Shown here: one piece after another, positions 1-8,911 of the stretch
How positions within the stretch are numbered: position 1 is the first letter of the stretch
Layout: every line of letters starts with the position of its first letter
Source: Planctomycetota bacterium
Lineage (GTDB): Bacteria; Planctomycetota; SZUA-567; H5-PLA8
Assembly (NCBI GenBank): GCA_045863855.1
Contig: BTVV01000025.1
Coordinates: 1-64,000 of the forward strand
Direction of reading: 5' to 3'
DNA length: 64,000 bases
Position numbers and translations under genes: made by a program
Notes under the pieces: model-generated
Database searches by the model: none
What the model was told of the DNA's origin: nothing
Seen by the model: the letters and a program-made list of their open reading frames with translations, nothing else

Positions 1-21
1 GATCTTTTGGCCTCGGAACAT
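1..21 (-). CDS. Possible 5' end of a gene running off the left edge (MFRGQKI...)
   Basis: ATG at 21-19 on the minus strand with a GAGGTG Shine-Dalgarno-like sequence ~6 nt upstream; only 7 codons are visible. Confidence 0.3.
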
Positions 22-510
22 CGCTTGCACCTCGCACCGCTCACAACATACCGCTCGCCGCGCGGCCGCGACAACCCGCGTAACGCTTCATAGAGGTGGC
101 GTTTCGCGTTCAGATTCGGACCGATGGGCACGCCCAATCCACCTTACCGATTTGCTCAGGGAATCCTGATGAACTGCCCTGGAATCAACCAACACCCCGC
201 AAAGCAACTCGTTTCATATCGTAACCTCGTGTAGTGCATGCACTTAAATCGAATTAGGCCTGTTGCAAGAATCATCCCTGCGGAGCACGCCTGCCGCAAA
301 AAGGGACGCCGAGTGACTTTGCGGGTTCCAGGTCCAGGTTGGTCATTTGATCGCCGTGGCCTCCAGTAAAATCTTCTAACCAATGCCCCTCTAAGCTCCT
401 ACATGGACGCTCACACGCAATGAGGCTGTATCGGCCTACCGCTTGCGTATGACCTCCGCGGGTTTGGGAGAACCCTTGGGCGAGGTGACGGGGTATGGGA
501 GTGGACCGTC

Positions 511-714
511 ATGTCGCATGATTTTGGACATCAGTTACGCACGTTGCGTGAGAAGTTGAAACTTACGCAACATCAGGTCTCGGGCATGTTGGGCTGTTCG
601 CCGCCGCGCATCTCGGAATGGGAACGCGGCGTACGCACGCCCAAGCCGTTGACGCAGGAGGCGATTCTGCTGCGCTTGCGAAAAAAGGCGCCGACCAAGA
701 GCCGCAGGAAATAA
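511..714 (+). CDS. XRE/Cro-family helix-turn-helix transcriptional regulator (67 aa)
   Basis: FGHQLRTLREKLKLTQHQVSGMLGCSPPRISEWERGVRTP is a typical HTH_3 pattern; GGAG upstream. Confidence 0.8.
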   Translation: MSHDFGHQLRTLREKLKLTQHQVSGMLGCSPPRISEWERGVRTPKPLTQEAILLRLRKKAPTKSRRK

Positions 715-851
715 CTCGTAGCGCGCAACGCCCGGATTGCGGTGGTCTCGGCAGGCCTGTAGCCGGTAAACTAGCGGCCGTCTCGAACGCTCGCGGCGCA
801 GCAGCGCCGTGCGAACGTGGAGGCGCCGAACCGGCTTCAGGAGCTACGGAA

Positions 852-1712
852 ATGGCCCGCTCGCCTCGACCGCCGCGTTCGCGGGGGTCCCAGCCGGAAC
901 CTTCCGAACCGCCCGAGCCGCAGGCCGCGAAGCGCGAGCCGGCCGAACCGGCGTTGCCGGATGTGCCCGAGCCCGAAGCCGGCGACGCCGACCTGACTCT
1001 GCAACTCGAAGCACCCGAAGCGCCGCAAGGAATCGCCCCGCCGCCGCGGAAAGGCCCGCGCCGCAAGGTCGAATCCGTCGACGGCAAGCCGATCCATTTC
1101 GACACCGGCCACCTGATCCCGCTGGCGGGGATCGTCGCCGTGGTGGTCTTGATCTACGGCGTCTATGCGATCTTCAAGCCCACCGGCGCGCCCAGCGCTC
1201 CGCCGCCCCTGCCGCCGCCGAATGCCCCCGGCCCTGCGGCCTCAAAGCCTTCCGAACCGACCCCCAATTACGTCTCCGATCCGGCCAACAAAAAGGCTTA
1301 TCACGCCTACGTCCGCTTTGTGCGCCGCGCGTACAAGGAATCGCTCAACGATTCCGCCGAGAAGCTGATCCCGCGCTTCCATCAGGACGTTTCGCTCTAC
1401 GGGGTCGGCGATCCGCTGATCCGGGAACTGCACGCCAAGTTCCTGGAGAATCTCTCGATCTACCCCGAAGCTCCGCTGCTTTCGGTGGGCACGGTGAGTT
1501 TCTCGAAGGACGGCCCCGTTTCGCGCGGGCGCGACGATCCACGCGACGCCAAGCGCAAGCGCGATCTGGCTTACGCAATCAAGAAGCTGACCAATACGCT
1601 TTCCGAACGCTACGGCCTCCCGCCCGAGGAGCCGCGGGCGGCTCCGGCGGCGCCGCCCGCCGCTCCCGAAGCGCCCGCAGCGCCGGCTCCGCCGCTGCCG
1701 GAAGGCCCCTGA
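852..1712 (+). CDS. Hypothetical single-pass membrane protein with Pro/Glu-rich disordered segments
   Basis: AGGAG RBS before ATG 852 (in frame with ORF 618..1712); one hydrophobic helix LIPLAGIVAVVVLIYGVYAIF. Confidence 0.7.
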   Translation: MARSPRPPRSRGSQPEPSEPPEPQAAKREPAEPALPDVPEPEAGDADLTLQLEAPEAPQGIAPPPRKGPRRKVESVDGKPIHFDTGHLIPLAGIVAVVVLIYGVYAIFKPTGAPSAPPPLPPPNAPGPAASKPSEPTPNYVSDPANKKAYHAYVRFVRRAYKESLNDSAEKLIPRFHQDVSLYGVGDPLIRELHAKFLENLSIYPEAPLLSVGTVSFSKDGPVSRGRDDPRDAKRKRDLAYAIKKLTNTLSERYGLPPEEPRAAPAAPPAAPEAPAAPAPPLPEGP

Positions 1713-1850
1713 TTCCAGAGCGCTCGGCGCGCCCACGACCCTGCCGTCCACCGGCGTCCCGGCGCATCCTTCTCCAGTGACAAGGCGTTCGGCGCGGCCT
1801 ACAATCTCCTCCCGCATCTCGGAAGCATCCGTACGCTTGGAGACCGCCGC

Positions 1851-2630
1851 ATGGCTCGCCTCGGTTCGCATCTTTTGGCTCTTTGCGTGGGGCTGCTCTG
1901 CGGCGCGCTGGGTACCGCGTCCTACCTGCGCGGAAGCGTTCCGGCGCAGGAACCGCCCCGCACGGCGGCTTCCACGACGCCCGGCGGCGCCGCGGCATCC
2001 ACCGCTCAAGTGCTGGACCTCAGCATCGCCGACGGCGGCGTCTACACGGTCCGCCGCGTCGTAGATGGAGACACGCTGGTCCTGGAGAACGGGCTCCATG
2101 TGCGCTACCAGGGCGTCAACGCACCCGAGATGGGCCGCTTTATCCGCAAAGCCGCTCCGCTGGGCGAAGAAGCGAAGCTGCGCAACGAATCGCTCCTGGC
2201 GGGAAAACGCGTGCGCCTGATGCTCGGCCCCGAACCGCTCGACGCCTACGGCCGCCTGATCGCGCGCGTGCGAGCCGTTGGCGAGGACGGAACCGAGACG
2301 GACCTCGAAACGATCCTGCTGGAAGAAGGCTTGGGCCGCGCCTTCGGCAAGGGGCTTCCGCGCGAAGCCTACGACGCGCTCAAGGCCGCTCAGGAGCGCG
2401 CACAGGCTGCGGGCCTGGGGCTTTGGGGGCTCCCGCATCCGTTGGAACAAGGCAACCCCGAAGGGTACCGCTACTGCGCGTCGAGCGGCTCGGACGTGTA
2501 CCATCCCGTCGAGAGCGCCACCGCGCGGCGCATCGTGGCGGGCAACTTCATCGGATTCAAGAGCCGCGAAGAGGCCGAAGCCAGCGGACGGCGCCCGGCG
2601 AAAGGAACCGAACCCGTAGAACCCGAATAG
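1851..2630 (+). CDS. Exported thermonuclease (SNase-like) with a C-terminal Ada-metal-binding-like domain
   Basis: VVDGDT, VRYQGVNAPE, DAYGRLIA, LLEEGLG and AQAAGLGLW SNase motifs; N-terminal signal/TM; C-terminal SDVYH...FKSREEAEASGRRP. Confidence 0.85.
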   Translation: MARLGSHLLALCVGLLCGALGTASYLRGSVPAQEPPRTAASTTPGGAAASTAQVLDLSIADGGVYTVRRVVDGDTLVLENGLHVRYQGVNAPEMGRFIRKAAPLGEEAKLRNESLLAGKRVRLMLGPEPLDAYGRLIARVRAVGEDGTETDLETILLEEGLGRAFGKGLPREAYDALKAAQERAQAAGLGLWGLPHPLEQGNPEGYRYCASSGSDVYHPVESATARRIVAGNFIGFKSREEAEASGRRPAKGTEPVEPE

Positions 2631-2643
2631 CGCGCGCCGGGCT

Positions 2644-3924
2644 TCAGACCGACGCGGGCACGCCGCGCATTTCGTCCAGCCGAGCCTTCAATTCGGCCAC
2701 CTCGATGGCGTCCGGATCGCACCCGCCTTGCACCGCCAGCGCCGCGGCGAGCCCCGCCGCTTCGCCCATCGCCACCGCGTCTCCCGTCACGCGGTAACTG
2801 CCGTGCGCCACATGGCTTCCGCTGATGCAGCGCCCCGCCATGAGCAGATTGTCCACTTCGCGGGCCTGGAGACTGCGGTAGGGCACCTGGTACGGGATCA
2901 CCTTCATGCCCCAGAGCCCTTTGCCTTCCTTCGGATCGACGTGATGCACGTCCACGTTGAAGCGGACCTCGCAGATGCCGTCTTCGAAGCGCGCGCCGGC
3001 GCGCAGGTCCTCCTCGGTGAGGTAATAGCGCCCGAGGATGCGCCGCCCTTCGCGTACGCCGACGAACGGCCCGGTGTCGAGCAGGTAGACGCCCTCCCAA
3101 TCGGGTCCGCCGCGTTCGCGCAAGAGCTTCACGCCGCGCTTGATTTCCACGCGCGCGAGCCGTTCGGCGCGTGTCAGGTCCCGAACGTCTGTGCCGTCCA
3201 CGCCGTAGACGTGCGTCGCCATCAGGATCGCGACGCCGGGCTGGCCGGGCTGAGGCAGCAGCGTGACCCGTTCGTAGCTGGGCTCCCAGCCGCAGGCGCG
3301 GGCAATCTCGGCGATGCGGCCGCGCGGCCAGGATCGGTAGTCGGCCTTCAGGCCGCCGATGCGCGCGAAGAGGGTCATCGGCTGCATCCCGCCATCGGAA
3401 GGCCGGCCCTTTTCGTACGCGCAGCCGGTGCGAGCGGCCACATCTCCGTCGCCGGTGGCATCCACGACGACCTTGGCGCGGACGAATTCGCGCCCGGATT
3501 TGCTTTCGGTGAATACGCCTTCGATGCGCCGTCCGGCCCGCGCGGCCGCCGCGACGGACGTGTAGAGCTGCACGTCCACGCCGGCTTCTGCGGCCCAATC
3601 GTCCAGCACGTGCTTCATCGCTTCGGCGCCGAAGGCCGTCCACGCTTTATGGTGGTAGTAGGCTTCCGCGCCGCCTTGCGCATCGAGCCTGCGGACGAGT
3701 TCGGCGTTAAGTCCGCCGTGATGCGGCCCGTCGATAATCAAACTCAAGGACGCCGCCGTCCATACGCCGCCCAGGAAGGGATGGCGTTCGATCAAAAGCG
3801 TCTGCGCGCCCGCGCGAGCCGAGGTGACCGCGGCCGCAAAACCCGCGGGACCGCCGCCGCAAACCAGGACGTCCGTCTCGCGCACAACGGGGATCTCGCG
3901 TTCGGCTTCCCATATCGTAGTCAT
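2644..3924 (-). CDS. FAD-dependent oxidoreductase (FAD_oxidored / PF12831-like)
   Basis: DVLVCGGGPAG Rossmann motif, VDATGDGD, GVREGRRILG, YQVPYRSL, AGRCISGSH; start at ATG 3924 behind AAAGGA. Confidence 0.9.
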   Translation of the reverse strand: MTTIWEAEREIPVVRETDVLVCGGGPAGFAAAVTSARAGAQTLLIERHPFLGGVWTAASLSLIIDGPHHGGLNAELVRRLDAQGGAEAYYHHKAWTAFGAEAMKHVLDDWAAEAGVDVQLYTSVAAAARAGRRIEGVFTESKSGREFVRAKVVVDATGDGDVAARTGCAYEKGRPSDGGMQPMTLFARIGGLKADYRSWPRGRIAEIARACGWEPSYERVTLLPQPGQPGVAILMATHVYGVDGTDVRDLTRAERLARVEIKRGVKLLRERGGPDWEGVYLLDTGPFVGVREGRRILGRYYLTEEDLRAGARFEDGICEVRFNVDVHHVDPKEGKGLWGMKVIPYQVPYRSLQAREVDNLLMAGRCISGSHVAHGSYRVTGDAVAMGEAAGLAAALAVQGGCDPDAIEVAELKARLDEMRGVPASV

Positions 3925-4037
3925 CGCAAGTTCCTTTCGTAACACCGCTCGTTTGGGTTCTCGAAAGATTACCCCGCTGCTTACATGGAATCGATAGCAT
4001 GCTTGTGCGTTAGATATCGTAATCGTAACATTCTTGC

Positions 4038-4889
4038 ATGAATCCCATACGGCACTTCATGCGCCTGCTGGCGCTGGCATTACGCATCGGACCTCGCGCC
4101 GTGCGGGTCGCGAACGAGCCCGGAACGCTGGAGCCCGGCCTGGGAGCGCACACGGTTCAGGTTCCGCGCATGAGTCTCTGCCTGAGCGGCCGGTCGGGTT
4201 ACCGCGTGAAGCGCGATGGCGCGGCGGCCGAATGCTGGCTGCGCCCCGGCCAAGCCCTCATTATGCTTCCGCACTGCCTCGGCACGCCGCTTCCGCCCGC
4301 ACGTTACGAATCGCTGGGCCTGGTATTTCATTCCGGGTTCGTCCAGTGCCTGCACGCGCGCCAGAGCCGCGGAGGGGGGCATCGCATCCTGGTGGCCTTC
4401 GCGCTGCCCAGCGGCGGCAACGAAGAACTGGCCGCGTGGGTGCAGGTACTGTCGCGCGCCGCCAGACGAACGAGCGCCGGCGAACGTCTGCTCCGCTGTG
4501 CCCTCGAAGGATTGCTGCTGCGCGTGCAAGACCTGCTGCGCGATCCGCCTCAGCCTTCCGAAGGCAAGGCCGCCCTGGCCTACGCGGCGGCGAGCCAGTT
4601 CGTGCGAGAACACGCACACGAAGGCATCGGCCGCTCGGACTTGGCGCGGCTGCTCGATCTGCACCCCAATCACGTCTCGCGCCTATTTCGCAGCCAGGGC
4701 CAGACGACGCTTCAAGACGCGCTGCACACGGCGCGATTGGAGCGAGCGCGCGCCTTGTTGCGCGATCCGCAACGCAGCGTCAAGGAAGTCGCCCGCGCCT
4801 CGGGCTTCACCACCGCCGCGCATTTCGTGGCCCTCTATCGCCGCCGCTTCGGGCAGCCTCCCGGGCGCCATCGCTCCGTGCTAAGCTAA
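4038..4889 (+). CDS. AraC-family transcriptional regulator
   Basis: C-terminal double HTH (LARLLDLHPNHVSRLF...SVKEVARASGFTTAAHFVALYRRRFGQPPG); divergent from the oxidoreductase. Confidence 0.9.
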   Translation: MNPIRHFMRLLALALRIGPRAVRVANEPGTLEPGLGAHTVQVPRMSLCLSGRSGYRVKRDGAAAECWLRPGQALIMLPHCLGTPLPPARYESLGLVFHSGFVQCLHARQSRGGGHRILVAFALPSGGNEELAAWVQVLSRAARRTSAGERLLRCALEGLLLRVQDLLRDPPQPSEGKAALAYAAASQFVREHAHEGIGRSDLARLLDLHPNHVSRLFRSQGQTTLQDALHTARLERARALLRDPQRSVKEVARASGFTTAAHFVALYRRRFGQPPGRHRSVLS

Positions 4890-5091
4890 GGGCCTATAAG
4901 CACCTGCGCTTACCCATGCGTTTCACGCGGAAATTGGGCGTACGTCCTTTCTCTTGGCCGGTACATTCAAGGCCGCTTCCTCGCCTCCCGGTGGTTGAAC
5001 CCCGCGCTCTTCGGCTGTATGACCGTTTTCTTGAATCGCCCGCGCTCGGCGCGTGGCGAATGCCGCTTTCGAATCCGAGGAGGAAGTGTTC

Positions 5092-5649
5092 ATGCGATCA
5101 TCCTGTCGGTATGGAACGGCGTGTCTCGTGCTGGCCGTTTGGGCCGGCATGCTGCACGGCCAGGACGAAGTCGAAAAGGCGCTGAAGGACCTGGACAGCG
5201 CCGATGCGGCCCAGCGCGCGGCGGCCGAAACGTCGCTGCGCAGCCTAGGCGAGAAAGCGCTGCCCGCGCTACGCACTGCGAAGATCGCCAACGAAGAGGG
5301 TCAGGTCCGCATGCGCACCGTGCTGATGGATTTGTCCGTCAAGCACGCCAGGATCGACGCCACCGACGCCGATACGCTGATGCAACTCGCGCGCGAAGAG
5401 GCGCTCGCCAAGCGCTATGCCAATGCCGAAAAGGGCTACGACCGCGCGCAAGGCCTGTACGAAAAGCTCGAGGACGACGCCGACGATCGTAAAGAGAAGG
5501 AAAAGCAGAAGGAGTTCGATCAGAAGAAGGACCGCGCCCATAAGCTCAAGGAAAAGGCCGAGCGGCTCGCGAAGGGCCAGGAACATAAAGTCAGCCACTG
5601 GGGTCCGATTCCAACGATCAAGAAGGTAGAAGACGACGGCGATTGGTAA
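5092..5649 (+). CDS. Secreted hypothetical protein with one HEAT-like repeat and a charged helical region
   Basis: GAGGAGG RBS before ATG 5092; signal peptide (ACLVLAVWAGMLHG-Q); ALKDLDSADAAQRAAAETSLRSLGEKALPALR. Confidence 0.75.
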   Translation: MRSSCRYGTACLVLAVWAGMLHGQDEVEKALKDLDSADAAQRAAAETSLRSLGEKALPALRTAKIANEEGQVRMRTVLMDLSVKHARIDATDADTLMQLAREEALAKRYANAEKGYDRAQGLYEKLEDDADDRKEKEKQKEFDQKKDRAHKLKEKAERLAKGQEHKVSHWGPIPTIKKVEDDGDW

Positions 5650-5678
5650 ACTCAAGACGTTCCTGCCGACGCACTCAC

Positions 5679-5708
5679 AAGCCCCGTCCATCCGGCGGGG
5701 CTTTTTTT
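5679..5708 (+). terminator. Rho-independent terminator
   Basis: AAGCCCCG-loop-CGGGGCTT followed by a T-run, 30 nt after the stop at 5649. Confidence 0.85.
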
Positions 5709-5957
5709 GTAGGCAACCGCGACAGCGTGGCGGAAATCGCCACCGCCCGAGTGCCGGAATCGGCCACGTGCGGCCGCGGTGTTCGCCCAACGCACAGCTC
5801 CAGGTTTTCATCCAACTCCAGAACTGCACGCCGCTTGAATGCTTTCGCTGCGCCGCACCACGCCCCGCCGCGCGCGCACGCCGCGCTGGCATAGGTCTTG
5901 ATGAACCACGCTCCCGTTACGCTTGGCGAGTCCGAGCGGCTCTGGAACAAGGATGCG

Positions 5958-6551
5958 ATGGTCATGCGAACACGGGTGCGGTGGACGATGGGCATGGTGC
6001 TGGCCTTGGCCGGCGCGGGGACACTCTGCGCTCAGGACGATCCGACGGTGCAGCCAACCGATGCGGCCGCGCGCGAGGCCTGGAAAGAGCGCGTGCTGTC
6101 GAAGTTCGACAAGGACGGCGACGGGCAGCTCAACGAGAGCGAACGCGCGCACGCGCGGCGCGCCTTGGCAGACCGCAAGGAAGATGTCCGCGATAAGCGC
6201 GAGCAGGTCGCCGACCGGCGCGAAGACGTGAGGGACCACCGCGAGAATGTGGCCGATCGCCGCGAAGACGTGCGGGACGCCGCGAACGATTCGGTCAAGC
6301 GCGCCAAGCTGGCCGAACTGCAGACGGCGCACGACGCGGCGGTGGCCGCTGGCGACGCCGAAAAAGCCGCGCAGCTCAACCGCCAGATCGCGGCGCTGAA
6401 GGGCAACATGGTGCGCGACCGCGCCGAAGACGCCGTGGACCGCAAGGAAGACGTGCGCGACCGGCGCGAGAACGTTAACGACCGGACCGAAAACCGCCGC
6501 GACCGGCGCGAAGATGCGGTCGACCGCAACACCGGTCCTTCGCGCAAGTAA
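5958..6551 (+). CDS. Secreted EF-hand protein with DRREDVR heptad repeats
   Basis: Signal peptide (MVLALAGAGTLCA-Q); EF-hand loop DKDGDGQLNESE; two blocks of about five D-R-R-E-D/N-V-R/A repeats; start is 5958 or 5964. Confidence 0.75.
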   Translation: MVMRTRVRWTMGMVLALAGAGTLCAQDDPTVQPTDAAAREAWKERVLSKFDKDGDGQLNESERAHARRALADRKEDVRDKREQVADRREDVRDHRENVADRREDVRDAANDSVKRAKLAELQTAHDAAVAAGDAEKAAQLNRQIAALKGNMVRDRAEDAVDRKEDVRDRRENVNDRTENRRDRREDAVDRNTGPSRK

Positions 6552-6608
6552 CCCTTTCGAGAACTCGGCAGGCCGCCGCATGCCCCGCAGGCGTGTTTGC
6601 CGAATCCG

Positions 6609-6649
6609 ACGGGCGCGGTCCCCACGGGCCGCGCCCGTTTTCTTATTTT
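6609..6649 (+). terminator. Rho-independent terminator
   Basis: ACGGGCGCGGTCC-ccac-GGGCCGCGCCCGT stem followed by TTTCTTATTTT. Confidence 0.7.
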
Positions 6650-6673
6650 GGATTCTGGACTTTGGATTTTGGA
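6646..6673. repeat. Heptamer tandem repeat (TTTTGGA) x4
   Basis: ttttgga ttctgga ctttgga ttttgga. Confidence 0.8.
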
Positions 6674-6730
6674 TTGAACGGCCACGACGGGACACTATGA
6701 ACTCGAGAGGGAGCCCTCTCCGAGTGCCGT

Positions 6731-6798
6731 TTACTCTTTACCTGTTACTTTTTGCATTCACGGTTCACGCTTCACCGTTCTCCGCTTACTCTTCACCC
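6731..6798. repeat. Degenerate pyrimidine-rich heptamer repeat (TTCACGS/TTACTCT) x~9
   Basis: ttactct ttacctg ttacttt ... ttcacgg ttcacgc ttcaccg ttctccg cttactc ttcaccc; it overlaps the last codons of the minus-strand gene. Confidence 0.6.
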
Positions 6799-8695
6799 AC
6801 GCCTCTACTTCGCGCTTCACCTGCGCAGCCCGCGCATGCTGCTCCTTCACGACCGGATCCTCAGCGGCCGGCGAATGCGCTTCGGCGTAGCCGGGTACGA
6901 TCCGCGCGCCGCGGGCGTCGTCTTTCTCTTTGCTGGCTTGCGTATCGCGGGCGATACGCTGCTGCGCTTCGGCCAGCCGCTCAAGGAGATCGGGCACGCT
7001 CAGGCCGGGGTGTTCTTCCGCGAGCAGCTTGCGCGCGTGCTCCCAAACCGCATCGGCGGAGGACAATTCGAGCAGCCCGTGCGCCGAAGCGCCCGCATCG
7101 AGCCGCCGCTTCAGTTCGCGCAGCGCGTAGTAGCCGATGAAGAAGCCGTAGGATTCGATGCCGGCTTTGCGCGCCGGTTCGAGCATGTAATTCTTGCCCA
7201 GCCCTTCGACTTCGCGGTCGGTGTAGACGGCCTGGCCCTGCGCATCGGTGAGCCGGGCGCGCCCTTCGGCGGCGCGCAGGCGCGTGCGGGCATCGACGAG
7301 CATCTCCACGGTTTCTGCGCGCAGGACCTCGAACGCCAGGACGCAGCGGCGCGCCTTGTTGCGCGTGCGGAATTTCCGCTCGCTGCGCCAAAGCTGGTAC
7401 GCGTTCTCGCCCAGGACCCAGCCGGGTATCAGTTCGTTGAAGGCCGGCGAGACGCCGGGGATCGTTTCGGCCGGCGTGTTGACCAGCGCGAAGGGCATGG
7501 CGAGACGCTGCGGCAGCGCGGTGACGCCGCTGGCGATGACCGTGTACGGCGAGCGCGAGTAGTCGCCGGGGAATTTGATGTTCACGCCCAGCCCGAAGAA
7601 GACACCTTCGCCGACCCACAGTTCCTGGTCGGGAAGTTTCGCGGTGTGGTTGCTGCCGACGTTCGCGCCGTAGGCGATGTTGCCGCGCCCGCCGGGCCAG
7701 TAAGTGGCGATCAAGAGCGACTGGTGGTGCATGCCGACGAACGGGCCGATCAAGCTGGCCGAAAACTCGCCTGCTGCGACTCCGCTGTTCGGTCCGAGGA
7801 CGCAATCGACGACCTTCCCGTTGCGTTCCACGTGGGTGTGTTCGCCCAGGACGCTGCGCTGCACGATCCCCATCGTGTCGACTTCGACGCCCCACTGCAG
7901 GAGGCTGTCTTTCACGTACGCGCCGTTGCGCACGGCGGTGGGTTCGTCGGGGAGCGAGAGGAGCGTGGAATGCTCGACGCCTTGCGCCGCGTCGACGGCC
8001 GCGCCGGGGCCGACGTACACGTCCAGCACCTTCGGCGTATCTTTGATCCGCGCGCCGGCTTCGACGATGAGCAGTTCGCTGCGCGCCTTCGACGCGTAAT
8101 CGGCCACCGCTTTCGCGTAGGCCGACTGCATCTCCCGCTCGCCGCGCCGCGCCGCGATCTCGGCGGCCACGTCCACGGTCAACTCGGCGTAGATGCCGGT
8201 CTCGCGCCCGCCCGTCTCGATGGCCAACGGTAAGATCTGCCCGTTACCGAAGGAGGTGACGCCCGTCGCCGCAACGGTGCCGCAGCCTTTCACCAGCGCG
8301 CCCGGACCGATCACCGCGTGCGCCAGGAGCCCCACGTTCAGGATCAGCGCGTGATCGCCGATGGTGACGTCGTTCAAGTCCGCGTGGTAAAGCCCGCTGC
8401 CAAGCTTCAGACCCGGCTCGATCTCAACGTCGTGCTCGAAGACGCCCAGACGCGCCGGCCCCGAAAAGTAGCAGCCCACCACTTTGGATGGCCGGAAGTT
8501 CACCGCGACCAGCACTTGGGACCAGTCGGCGGCGGCGTTGAGCTGGCGTTGAAGCTGCGCGATCTCGGCCTCGGTCAACGCGCGATAGCCGGCCGTCTGC
8601 GCATGGCGTTCCCGCGCCGCGGCGATGGCCCGGAGCAGTTCGCTCTGCTCCAGCGCTTGGCGGACGGCTTCCACGGGATCGAGGGCTGGCGACAA
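6758..8695 (-). CDS. DUF4954-family protein (left-handed beta-helix-like repeats, GlmU/acyltransferase-like fold)
   Basis: LTEAEIAQLQRQLNAAADWSQVLV N-terminus, hexapeptide-like repeats, GPFVGMHHQSLLIA and GNIAYGANVGSNHT motifs; likely TTG start at 8695 behind TAAGGA (ORF open to 8767). Confidence 0.75.
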   Translation of the reverse strand: MSPALDPVEAVRQALEQSELLRAIAAARERHAQTAGYRALTEAEIAQLQRQLNAAADWSQVLVAVNFRPSKVVGCYFSGPARLGVFEHDVEIEPGLKLGSGLYHADLNDVTIGDHALILNVGLLAHAVIGPGALVKGCGTVAATGVTSFGNGQILPLAIETGGRETGIYAELTVDVAAEIAARRGEREMQSAYAKAVADYASKARSELLIVEAGARIKDTPKVLDVYVGPGAAVDAAQGVEHSTLLSLPDEPTAVRNGAYVKDSLLQWGVEVDTMGIVQRSVLGEHTHVERNGKVVDCVLGPNSGVAAGEFSASLIGPFVGMHHQSLLIATYWPGGRGNIAYGANVGSNHTAKLPDQELWVGEGVFFGLGVNIKFPGDYSRSPYTVIASGVTALPQRLAMPFALVNTPAETIPGVSPAFNELIPGWVLGENAYQLWRSERKFRTRNKARRCVLAFEVLRAETVEMLVDARTRLRAAEGRARLTDAQGQAVYTDREVEGLGKNYMLEPARKAGIESYGFFIGYYALRELKRRLDAGASAHGLLELSSADAVWEHARKLLAEEHPGLSVPDLLERLAEAQQRIARDTQASKEKDDARGARIVPGYAEAHSPAAEDPVVKEQHARAAQVKREVEAWVKSKRRTVKREP

Positions 8696-8835
8696 CGCGG
8701 CATCCTTATATGCAGGCGCTACGAAACTCCGTGTTCCGGCCCGCTTATTATAAACCCCTTTCGCCAAGGGGCTTAGTTCTTATGCGCCAGGAGCTTCTCC
8801 ACATCGAAGAGAGGAAAAGTGTGCATGGTGCAGGC

Positions 8836-8864
8836 TTGATTTGTTATGGTTTAGAAAGTATAGA
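8836..8864 (+). promoter_or_regulatory. Putative sigma70 promoter of the ROK-nagB operon
   Basis: TTGATT-N17-TATAGA in an AT-rich divergent intergenic region. Confidence 0.45.
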
Positions 8865-8911
8865 TGAGTACAGAAGCATAAATTCACAAACTTAGTGATA
8901 GAACGATAACT

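Noticed and set aside
511..1712. XRE gene plus downstream gene as a toxin-antitoxin pair or prophage remnant
   Set aside because: The downstream gene is a Pro-rich membrane protein with no toxin motif, and no phage genes are nearby
6171..6530. 21-nt periodic repeats as a possible CRISPR array
   Set aside because: They are degenerate in-frame coding repeats without unique spacers, and no cas genes are present
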